Positions 12,001 through 30,474 of a DNA stretch of 64,000 nucleotides are shown here, in pieces. Position 1 is the first letter of the stretch, and each line of letters starts with the position of its first letter. The position numbers and the translations under genes were made by a program. The stretch is from Bugula neritina (Eukaryota; Animalia; Bryozoa). Below the pieces are notes generated by a model. It did no database searches, was not told where the DNA came from, and worked only from the letters and a program-made list of their open reading frames with translations. The DNA is taken from contig OZ037765.1 of NCBI GenBank assembly GCA_964035545.1, positions 21,947,504 to 22,011,503 on the forward strand, given 5' to 3'.

Positions 12001-15000
12001 ACTGACAACATTCTGGAAAGTAAAAAGAAAAAAAGAAAAAAATATTATAAAAAATATACTTTGGTGGCTCACCCAATTCGCTATATTAAATTATTGGGTA
12101 CTATTGTGCATGCAGGTAATCCAAATGCAGATCTTATTCAGAGTAGCATCATCTCATCTTATATCATGTATGGAACTTGGAGCGCTTTGCACAGCCGGCC
12201 AAACGAAGCTTTTAATAGTAAGTTTACACTTTATAGTTTCTTCAGTATAGTGCTATCGCCATTATTCCCATTTTCTCTATTTTACTACCAGTGGCAATAG
12301 ATTTAGTATACTTGTAGGCTGTATACATTTATGCTATGATAATATAATTAAAAAAATACTTAAACCTATCTTTCATCGTAAAGACCAGAGGAGTGTATAA
12401 ACACGAAACAGAGCTTCAGTCAAAATAATTAACTTTTAATGTAATAATATCCAAGTCTTTTTTCATACATATTTTATTTGGAGAAGTAAACCCTGCTAAA
12501 AAATTCAGTTAGAAAGAGATTACACTGCATACCTAAATCACAATACCCTGGTATAACATCAGCTATTTATGTCACGCCTACTCAAAATTATTAGTATATG
12601 TTACATGATTTTAGATCAGCTGGCCACTTAAAAGTTTCTCAACCAGTAAATTTTTGGTGTAATTTATATTTAAACTTCTATATATAATGCTAGTTGTAAA
12701 AAATTCAACTAGATATACAGTGCATGTATGTAATAGTCTATGAGTTGATAATAAACAGTGTTGGTTGTAATTTTGCATTCTAATTTGTTTTGTAGCAGCT
12801 ATATTCGGAAAAAAATCACAGTACAGCGCATCCTCATTGTCAACCCCATTGCCAACATTTGCCAATGGAACTATCAATGATCCCTCCTTGCAATGTGCCA
12901 CATTCGGCATCGGAATTTATCAATCTGCTGCTGCATGGGGTCAGACGTTTCAATATGCCGGCCTCATTTACTATCTCCTTGTAGCACTTTATAAAAGGTG
13001 ATTCATCATTTACTACTTTGGTATAAATTATCTTATAGTGTATTCAATCTTTCTCTTTAAAATGAGTATTCAATTTGTATGAGTCATAATTTGATTGATC
13101 TATCAAATTATGACTCATACAAACTAAATCCTCATTTTAAAGAAAGATATTAAATACACTGTAAGATCAATTCTATTTTTGGTACAGCGTTCAGACAAAT
13201 CCTATTGCAAGTCGTAGTAAAACTAAACAGCAGACTAAATCCTCGCCAGTTCTTGATAAACATGTTACTGCTGCAGAAACTACCAAGAGTAATGAGATGA
13301 CAAAAGAGAAACCTGACAATCCAAGTAGAGACTCCCTTGATCTGAGTGTAAGCCTAGGGCCACACGGCGCGTATTTTCGCATGAGAAAATTGAAATCACA
13401 AGTAGCAAAGGTGTCCACTGTAGCGTCAGCGATGCGAGATAAATAAAGCTTTCATTTTTAAATCGCACTCGCTTTCAATAAAACGCAATTTACTGGAATG
13501 TAGCACTAAATAAAGAAATTGGGCTCGCTGAATAACTACCATCCAATTAGGTGACGACGACAGAGACGATTCGCACTTGCGTTGAAAATGCTGAGCGACA
13601 AGTGCGAATGTTTTCTCAACGCGCACAGTGGACACCTTTGCTACTTGTGATTTCAATTTTCGCATGCGAAAATACGCACCGTGTGGCCCTAGGCTAAGTG
13701 TAGTAGGAGTGATTAAGCTAATTTCAGCATTTTGCGGTTGCAATCTATATATTTCAGACTAACTATTTGCTATTTAGAATACTATAACTATGGTCCCCAA
13801 TAACTTATAATAGCTTTATGTTAGTCTTACTATAGAGCCAATCAACTATGTTTCTGAGCTTAGATTTTTCTTCGGTGTTTACAAGCAGTTGCATCGAATA
13901 AAATCACATCCATATGTTAATGCAAACAGTAACCACAAATCCATCGTAGAAGCATCCATTCGCATGAAGTAATGGAATGCTGCATAATTATCACATATGA
14001 AAACCCTGTTTGTCAAAGTATGAAACTCATAACCACACATTTCAAGCTATAACTAACAATTTAAATTTTAAAGCCTATGTGTAAAATGTGGTTTTGACTA
14101 CATGCAATGATTTTCTAACCAACAGCTAGATCTTAGAGCAAGTTGTCTTTTAGCTACAAGATAAATTTAGATATAATATAGCCAACTATTTTTTAAACTT
14201 TGAAATTATAGTAAAAACTTCGCTGGAAAATTTCAGATCAATGAGTAAAAGTTGGTGTATTTTAAAGATTGTGTTTATGAAATAGTGGTGAAGAGACAAT
14301 TCAGTGTAAACAAATATTATAGCTTAAGGAGTTTCTATGATATTGTTTATGTAATGTAGTTTAAGCTAGCTATATTTTTCCATTAAGGCATCTATAAATC
14401 AAGTTATACTTATCTTTACACCTAAGCCATAGTCAAATCAGGCGGACTATTATCCACTAACTTATGTATTGTGTTTTAGCTGACGGATACATTTTGGAGA
14501 TCGTTCAAACCAAAATTAGTAAGCAGTGGCCAGAAAGTTATATACAATGAAGTTCAGCAAACTTTGTACAACTATTGGTTTCTGCATTTCCAGTTTGCCT
14601 GTTCTATACTTTTTGTCATGATGGAACTGACTTTATGGTTTGAGTGAGTATCAGTATTAAGTTTTAAAATATTAAAGTGCTGTCAATAACTGTTGCTGCT
14701 GAGTTATTAAAAGTTATTCAAAGAAGTAGGTGCAGTAATGAAGAAATTGAGAAAAGCCTGTGTTATAGATTAAAAATGTAGCAAAAGAGGTTATGTTTTT
14801 GCAAGAATTTTAATTCTCTCTCCAAGCCACAATTTATAAAAGAATTTATAGAACCTAGGCTATCTCAATTTCTCTACGACTGCTTCTAATTGTATTCAGG
14901 TGAGACTCAACTTTATTAAATCCTTAATTGTAGCATTGGTTCCGTTGTTGAATGGAAACCAAGCTGGGCTAACTTCTGGATTGATCTGTTGACAGTTTGG

Positions 15001-15442
15001 GCTATATTTGGTAAGAATTTGTTAGAAGTCTTCTTTTCTCTTATAAGTTTACTATTCTATATCTGAGTTATTATGCCAAATATAGCAATAATTTCGGATG
15101 TAAATGTCTGCACTTAGAAGATTAAGGCTCTGGGACCATTAACAAGATGAAAACTTTTTTGCATGTTTGGCGCTAAATTAATTTAAAATATTTTCAACTT
15201 TTTCTGTAGTGACTTACTTTATAACGCTGCTTATGCCACCAATGACTTACGCTGCTCATAAATATTACAACAAGTTGGCCAAAAAAGGAAATAAAGCGCC
15301 CGCAGTTAACAAAGAGAAAGCAGAGCAACAAATAGAAGAAGACGGTCTCAAAAAGGAGAGTAGTTTGTCCGCAGAAAATGATCGGGAGACCGGAGCAGCA
15401 ATCATCTTACCCACAATCAAAGATTTTCTTTGCTGCAATTAA
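9013..15442 (+). CDS. SERINC: Serine incorporator (SERINC/TDE) family protein, divergent paralogue A, ~594 aa
   Basis: 12 exons: 9013-9123, 9643-9810, 10289-10467, 10780-10871, 11245-11338, 11741-11943, 12116-12217, 12796-12997, 13188-13347, 14480-14643, 14934-15010, 15210-15442 (1785 nt, phases consistent). SERINC hallmarks: Cys-rich CCCFCAAPCHCFCSCLP..ESTSTRLMY, AIHNGYWLWK, LIQSSIISSYIMYGTWSAL, YNE...YNYWFLHF, MMELTLW, ~10 hydrophobic helices. Confidence 0.88.
10646..10760. repeat. Tandem repeat, 13-bp subunits (AACCATGTTAGAT / AACCATTATGTAT) forming a 26-bp dimer
   Basis: AACCA recurs every 13 nt about 9 times, ending ~20 nt before the exon-4 acceptor. Confidence 0.85.
13030..13167. repeat. 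~138-bp imperfect palindrome (foldback) in SERINC-A intron 8
   Basis: Perfect core TTTGTATGAGTCATAATTTGAT / ATCAAATTATGACTCATACAAA; outer arms ATCTTATAGTGTATT / AATACACTGTAAGAT. Confidence 0.85.
13352..13694. mobile_element. 343-bp MITE with ~70-bp TIRs and TAA target-site duplication (PIF/Harbinger-Tourist-like)
   Basis: Left TIR GCCTAGGGCCACACGGCGCGTATTTTCGCATGAGAAAATTGAAATCACAAGTAGCAAAGGTGTCCACTGT; the right TIR is its near-perfect reverse complement ending ...GTGTGGCCCTAGGC. TAA at 13349-13351 and 13695-13697; no transposase. Confidence 0.88.
14732..14883. mobile_element. Small MITE-like dispersed repeat, copy 2 (imperfect ~32-bp TIRs)
   Basis: GCAGTAATGAAGAAATTGAGAAAAGCCTGTGTT ... AACCTAGGCTATCTCAATTTCTCTACGACTGC (imperfect inverted ends); homologous to 6663-6807. 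Confidence 0.7.
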
Positions 15443-16589
15443 AAACTGTTCTATACGGGTGCGTCTGAAGAACTGGAGATTTCAATTGTTGAGTGAATCA
15501 GCCATTAGGTTAATTCACAAGTCAATGTGTAGGTTTATGGTTAACTTTATTGATCTCTTTTGATGTTGAAGAAACAACACACAGTTCACTCTATATAATA
15601 TATAGATATTGACTGCTTGATTAAACTTTAAGAAGGCTATATGTCTTATATATAATGCTGCAATATTTTTCTTTTTCAAGTTTATAAGCATTTTAAGACA
15701 TTTGATTGCAGGCTGTTTACTGAACTTTATATACAGTCATTGCAGCTAGTTAATAAAACGTCTTGCAACATAGTCATAAGAATTGTATTTTTAACGTTTT
15801 TCCTCAACTCTGGCATACATATATAGTCTTGAAGTTTCTTTTATCTAATGTGTTATACAAATAAAAGATATTGACATTAACCCAGAGCTTTTATACTAAT
15901 TGTATGGAAGTGCAATGGTGTACATACTGAATGCTAGTAAAATACAGCAAGTTTTTTATAAGTTACTATTTTAAAGCAGGCATATTATGTTTTGTATTAG
16001 TTCATTTAAAAATAACACTGTAATAACCTTTTGGATTATATGCTAAATACAATTATATTATAAAATGTCTTGAAATACAACAATCACTTGAGGTAGCTTA
16101 CCAAAATCTAGCACATAAACGTAATTATACACTAATAAACATAATATGTTTACTAAGTGAAATGGTCAAAAACGTTAATTCTATTCTATTTTTCATCCGT
16201 CAACAGTGTTTTTAGAAGTTATGTTAGTTATAAGCCTGCATGTAATGCATATTATATAAGTGTTTCCATTTATATAATATTGCACAAATGTAGGCTTCCA
16301 TATACTAAGCAGCTGTAACTTTTGATTATTTTAATTTAAACATCAAGTTTGCAGATAATAGATATTGCCTGAATATGGCACTGAATATATATAGTACTTT
16401 AAAAAGTAGAATAATGAAGTATCATTTCAGGTTTACTGATAATAACTTTAATTACAAAAATGCACAATAGTTTAAATAACAAACATATTTTAGATTCTCA
16501 ATTATATGAACAAATTCTTTTCGTTGAAACAATATTGGAGACTTTCAAAGAATAAAGATAAGTTCATCTAAATTGGAGTCAGATGCATA

Positions 16590-23503
<6,914 letters not shown>

Positions 23504-24334
23504 TAGCTTGTGATATTGCTGCTAACACATCGCATTGGTTTTATAATAGATTATATTAATAAACATGTTCAAGAATAAAAAATACAAAACCATCTAGTCA
23601 TGTCTGTTTGTAGTGCTCAATTGTTTAATAAGTGGTTGATCAAAATACTAGAGGAGACAAATATCAAAGTAATTCATTAAGAAAGATTATCAAATCCAAA
23701 AGTTTAAAACTTAAAATTTGCCCCACCAATTGTTGTCGGTCTAGATTCCAACTATTAGAGAGGTATAAGGGTTCAACATTTTACTTTGTATATCAAAAGA
23801 AAGCTGCTAGGGTCTTAGGCAGCTTCCTTTGAAGTTTTTTTGATTGAGTGCACAACCACTCAATATCGGCACCCATTTACATATTGATTGATTGACATAT
23901 TTATTCTCATTAGCTCTTGTTGATATACAGAATTATTAAGAGCCGAACATCCAGGCTAATTGTGTATGCTGCGTAAATCATGCTGATGCATAAATATAAT
24001 AAATTCAGAAAAGTTCAAATAACTTCAACAATATATCCAATCAATACTAAAATATTGTTTTAAAGACTTATAATGCAATGAGATATTAGATTTCTATTGA
24101 TTATTTTTAAAGTCGTAACAATAAAATTCTTTCAATCACCCAAGTTAAGCGAGCAATCTATTGCAACTCCAATATTAATCATTTGGTCATTGGCATAGCA
24201 CCTAAGTTAACACCACACAGTTCAAGTCATTGTTGCTAAGCCTAGCATTTAGTGACTGAGAGAGAGAGCAGTGTAGTGTAGTGTTAATATCTTATTGCAG
24301 TTATAGTATTACTTTGTCATTATAAGCCATCAGT

Positions 24335-27300
24335 ATGTTGGAGTTGCCAAAATACGATCTACCAACTCTTCACAGACCTGTAGATCTTGAAGATGTCAGG
24401 GAGATTTACCAGAACAGTAATTCAAAAAGAGCTCTACATCCTATAGCTACTCCACCCCATAAACAAGGCCAACTTGATTATGGTCATCGGCCATAGTAAG
24501 TACATATAATATTGCGCTTTGTGACATTTAGTTATGTCACAAAATAGAATATTATAATGTTATGTTTTGCAAAATCTAGTTAAACTAATTATAAAAAGAA
24601 AGACCAAATTCATAGCATAAGCTGGTACTCAGAAATATCAAAGAATAGAACGGTTTTATAGTGCATTTAGCAAAATCCTTACCAAGCTATAATGATTATT
24701 GCAGAAGTATATTAATGTCAACGAGAATAGAAATATTATTTGATATACTTGGTTATTGTTTATAAATATTGTGCTTATATTCAAATTAGAATGATATATA
24801 TATTGAAACATGTAGCTAATTACTATATTTTATTTAATAGACTTGTATGAATTTATATTTCAAAGTCATAAACACTAGGAATAATATTGTAGTTGTGTAA
24901 TATAAGAAATTGGGGAAGGATATAAAGTTCATTTCTTGTACCTCCTATTGCTTATATCTAAAGTATACTGCATTGACTTGTCAACAACAATAACAGTTGT
25001 TATGAATACAAATACATTATTTTCAAAGCAACTTCTTCTTTTAACGTTTCCTTTATGTACTAGTGAAAATTATTTCATAATAAAACTATGTTTTATAAAC
25101 CTTTTAGCCTAGTGATTCATTAAATAATTTGTCAAATCCAATCGTTATTGACACCATACTTGTATTAAACACAGTACAAGCAGTGAGCTACTACACAGCA
25201 GACCCAGAACTTCTTCAGGGAGCACTCTACCATCAATATTGACTGAGACTCAATGGAGGACTAGGAGAGCCAAGCAGGTATACTCTAGTCAATTATGAAG
25301 TCTCTATGAAGTGTATTGTATCACTGTGGCACAGTAATACCTATCCCTAGGTTGTATACTGTGGAAAATATCTAAATAATTGTATTCAGTGTGCAATATT
25401 ATATCATATGAAACTATATAGTATATGCTGTAGTAGATATTGATAAACTTATAAATTTGCTTTGACAAGCATATTTACGATTTCCTGCTATATTTCAACA
25501 GTTTACAAAATAGAAGTCGATGTACTACTATACTCTATAAGTTAGAACAGACTATTGAATATTTAATAGTTGAGTAAAACTTTGTCAAGTTGGCAAACTC
25601 TACTGCAGCTATTAAGTGTTCCATGGGCTATAGAAGAAAATATACCTAGGCTGATGATCATTATGGTATAAAATAATTGGTTGAGTCATCATTATTATAT
25701 AATTTTATTAAAATACGAATATTTAAAAGAATTTTTTTTCTTTAATATATATTGCAAACTATGACATCATTCAAGTGGTAAAAGCAGTAAAATGATGTAA
25801 TACACAGCATGAGTCTACGGTCTGTCTATTACTAGCATAGTACAGTGTACATAATGCATGCACAGCTGATAATGTACACTATACAGTATAACACAAATTC
25901 TCAATAATGTGTATAGCCTTTATTAGAAAAATTTACAGAGACTGATAAGCTTTTGTTTTGTTACTGCAACCTGATTAAGGAATTGATCAATAAAATGCAA
26001 TTTGATAAAGCAGAGTTTATGTTAGATAATGCACATGCAGGCTTAAGTAAATGAAGTGTATATATGATTGCTTCATTAAGCAACTGTTCAATTATTTGTG
26101 TAGTTATTTGGATTCATGTTTTACTAATATTGTATTGTGTAAGTTTAGCTGAGTGGGCAAACATTCAACTCTCTGAAAACTCTGTACTTACTGCAAGCAA
26201 ATTACTAGGAAAAAGTTTTAAGAAAATATAATTTTTAACCAAACTAGTTTTTTTTAATACAGCATATATGTTTTAGTTTAGTAGGTCTAAAAAGTTGAGC
26301 AAAACTCTTGACTCATTCCTGTGTTAGAGCAGAATCATTGACAATTTATCCTATGAGCTGTAGACATAAAATATGATTAATCTTTTAACTGAATTTTTTT
26401 AAACAAACATGTTAAATATACTGATTACTGTTCAGTAACAATTGCATACTTATTTAAGTGACTATTTTGTAAGATATCTTTTAAATAATTTGCCCATAAT
26501 TCAAAGATTAAACTTGTATCATTTTGTTCACTTTTTAAAAAGTTACTCACTCCTAATTCACCATTGTTGGAAATTACTTTTTGCTAAAGCTCCCATTATT
26601 AGTCAGCTAAAGGGTTTTTTCCAAGTATGTTAAATTTCCTTTAATAAAAAAGAATTTTTCACACTTCGCTTTTTGGATAGCAGCAATTTACTATAAGGGC
26701 AGCAGTACATTCCAATCTAAGCGTATTATCTTACAATTAGAAGTGTCTCTGTTAGTAGAAAAGCCTAGATAATGCTTGCAAAATCTTAAAAACTTAACTT
26801 TGATATGAATATGAGTATATGAAGTTGTGATAATTGGTAGCTATATGTGAACTATATATATTAGCAAAACTAATATTTATATAGAAAATCATTGATGCAT
26901 CAAAACATTAGAGTGAAGTTATATAATATTTTTGTTGAAAGTAAAATGTGACATTCAATTGACTGTTTATCATAGAACATAAAATGATCTTCACAAAGTT
27001 GTAAAACTCAAAAACCCTGATAAAAGCCATGATTGAATATATTGTAATTATAATTACAGCAATTTTCAGACGACTTACCTGATAGTTCAGAGTATGAAGA
27101 GAGTTACAATGACTTGACAACTCGAACAGCCTATCGTTACCCACATCCAGGTGTTCCCAAGGGCAGAGAAGGCTGTATGGGAGGAACTTGGCGCCACACT
27201 AAGGAGGCTATAGGCTATGGCCCAGGAAGACTAATGTGGATAGATGGTGAGTCCATAGATTTAGAAAACAAAATGGAGGGGGGGGGGGTGGTTAAAGCCT

Positions 27301-28269
27301 CAATTTCAAACTTTAGTATTATTTGCACGGAAATTTAGCAACTCTAGAGTTAATACACTTTCCGTGCTCATCAAGCAGTAAACAAGGAACACTATACGAT
27401 AGCATCTATAATACATTCATCAAGAAGATGTAAAAAAGCCTGCTATAAATTGTAGCATCTGCACAATGCATGTATATCTTAGTGTGATATGTGAAGTGCA
27501 TAAACGCACAGATATAATATTTAGATTGAATGCAAATATCTAGTGATCAAAAGAAGACAAATAGAAATACATTTTATCCTACAAATTATGCTTCCTTTAT
27601 ATGTGAACTAAGAGAAGTGAAATATTATGACATGATATTATATATAATAATAAAGACTTTTGGTCATCATGGCATCAACATACTTTAGAATGATGGGTAA
27701 AGGTGTTTCAGTTTATCCTAAAACCACCCTATATAAGCTGTTTAACTTACTAGAAGCAATCATTATGTAGCTTGCTGTTCAGAGCTACCATTTAGTCACA
27801 TATTGCTAACTATTCAACACTGAGTTACATACATGTGTAAAACAAAACAGTTAATCATTTATAAACATGAGAAAAATTATCAGTGAGGAACACTTTCAAT
27901 AATTCAATTAATGATAGTTGCTGTCCAATTGCGCTTTAATTAATAAATGATATGAATAATATTTCATGATTTTATCAATAATAATAATGATTTTCTATAT
28001 CAAAGGTGTTGTAACTCTGTATGATGACTGGACTATCAATCACGAAAAGCCATGGAGTGGTAAGAAATTTACCGTAGCTCCATCCCGTGACAATCCCCCC
28101 AGCCTACCTGCTCCTCGTTTCATACCACGGAGGGTAAACCAGGTGCAGACTTCTAGCTCCAACAAGTGGTACAGCAGTAACATACCACAACCTTGTAAGT
28201 AGCACCCTGAGACACACACACAGGCACTCACACACACACACACACACACGCACACACGCACACACGCAC

Positions 28270-28335
<66 letters not shown>

Positions 28336-29238
28336 ACACACACGCACGCACGCACGCACGCACACACGCACGCACGCACTCACACACTCACACACACACT
28401 CCTGCATCACTTGAAGATCAATTTACGATTTCTTGTTTATTACATGAAATGATAATATTGTGATTGTCTAATCATAAGTCAAGTAGGACAAAGACTTTAT
28501 GTAGTTACAGTAACAGGAAATTGTTGCCATGCCATGCGTTACTTTGAATATAATTACGTACTCCACTAAAATGTTATCTCGAAAGTTAAAATTTTGGTTA
28601 TAGAAAAAGAAAATTGAGTTTATTAACTAAAATGTTTACAATTGATATAAAATTTGATAAGATAAAAGTCTACAACTATTGCAGCCTTTATAGCATATTA
28701 TTATAAATGCAGTTAACTATTCCAGTTAAATTTTGGATTACAGCTTAGTTAAATTATAAATAAAGAAATTAAATAGGAAATAATAACTAGTGCATTTATA
28801 TTATTTAATTGGTTTTATGTGCAAGGCCGCTAAGTTAAATTATATTACGATAACAGACAAAAATAGTAGTAACACAAAGCAAAAAATTAATATTTAGTGT
28901 TTTTAATATTTTTGGGATAACTTTGTTAGCTGGGAGTGACATCAGAAATAAATAATAATTTCTACATTACAAGCATATTATAATGAAGGCTCAAAATATT
29001 GGAATTCTTATTTGAAATTCAAGAGATATAATACTGCCTGTATGTGTACAGAAATGTATAAATAGAATTTTAAGGAACACAAATGCTTGAAATATTAGTG
29101 TATAGAATAGCAATGCAGAAAATTTGACAGATCTTGATTTATTTTTTAGTACCGGTATCAAACACTCCATGCGGAATTGGAAAACCCGGAGACAAATATA
29201 AAGGATTCTACTCAATGGCACAATCATATACCAGCTAG
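24335..29238 (+). CDS. Uncharacterised hydrophilic protein (~240 aa), possibly a ciliary/sperm microtubule-associated protein
   Basis: Exons 24335-24495 (MLELPKYDLPTLHRPVDLEDVREIYQN...), 25175-25277, 27070-27246 (..SSEYEESYNDLTTRTAYRYPHPGVPKGREGCMGGTWRHTKEAIGYGPGRLMWID), 28006-28194 and 29150-29238 (..GKPGDKYKGFYSMAQSYTS*) have canonical splice sites. A phase 0-to-1 exon is needed between 25277 and 27070 (candidate microexon 25650-25665). Confidence 0.62.
28212..28399. repeat. (CA)n / (CACG)n compound microsatellite
   Basis: Direct inspection. Confidence 0.97.
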
Positions 29239-29737
29239 AGATGCTTTCGCTAGTCTCCAGAGTTGACTCTGCATACTATAATAATTTTATAATTGAGCTT
29301 ACAACAAATATATAAAAAGCTTCTAAAGTTTAATTTGGTATATTTGAAACTATAAGTGACAGCATAGCAGTAGCTGTTCAAAAAGAACTTTCCTCAGCAG
29401 TTTCCACCACACCTACAGCTTTCATGTTCTTATATAACAAGACTTCAGTGCAAGCAGCTTTATGTTTTGCTTGGTGGAAGTTATGTTAAGCTCACAGCAT
29501 ATAAAAAAATATTTTCGGACTTAGCCAACACATAACCTTATTTTTGAGATAATACTAATTTCACTATTATTTACAGAACAGTTTTTATTTTTTTCATCTC
29601 TTTTATGAAGTTCTAGTATTTTTCAATACTTTTTCTTTTTATATAAAATATTTACTCATGATAAAAACCAAATGTGTTCATTAAACTAATTATTAAATTA
29701 CTATATAGTTAAAGGGACAGAATACAAAGCATATACA

Positions 29738-29738
<1 letters not shown>

Positions 29739-29820
<82 letters not shown>
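29739..29820. repeat. (TA)n microsatellite
   Basis: ~41 perfect TA units. Confidence 0.97.
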
Positions 29821-29822
<2 letters not shown>

Positions 29823-30474
29823 TAAAATTGCTCCAGCAATATTTCGTTGCAGGAACATAATTATAGTTACCTATCAGTTATACAATTTATATACTGCATA
29901 CAGTTCAAACAGGTTATGTGTCGGTAAGTGCAATGATTTAACTTTTAAGCATAGTTTTATGAAAAATTAGCATAGCCTTGCTATCACATATGAATTTTCA
30001 TTGAACTATAACTATAGTTTCAGTTCAGTGGGAATTTTCAACTCGGCCGGCAGTTGGGGGCTTGGGCCCCCTCTCAACATACATATCAAGAGAAAATAAA
30101 TCCAAAATATTATTTGATATTCAACTACTAAGTATTATTATTGAAAAACTATATAGATTGTAGATTATGCAATAGTTAATTGCAATTCATAGTTACTATT
30201 TTTTAAGATAATAAAATAGTTTTAAAAAAATCTTAATAAATAAATTCTGTTGTACAAGACAACTTTACACAACTGCGAAACAGCGTTTTCTACTTCTAAT
30301 CAGGTCAAGGTAATAGATAAAACAAAATTACCAAGTATAATTCATTGATTTTGAATCATATTTTCTTATAAAATTTAATCATCATTATTGTTTATAATTT
30401 ATTAGAGTTCCATTAGTTTCTTTACACATTTCTATTAATCGAAACCTACATAGTTTTTGAGATTGCTATCAAAT

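Noticed and set aside
13191-13743. Overlapping minus-strand ORFs (75, 62, 105 aa)
   Set aside because: They are antisense to SERINC-A exon 9 and run through the MITE's inverted repeats; no independent coding signal.
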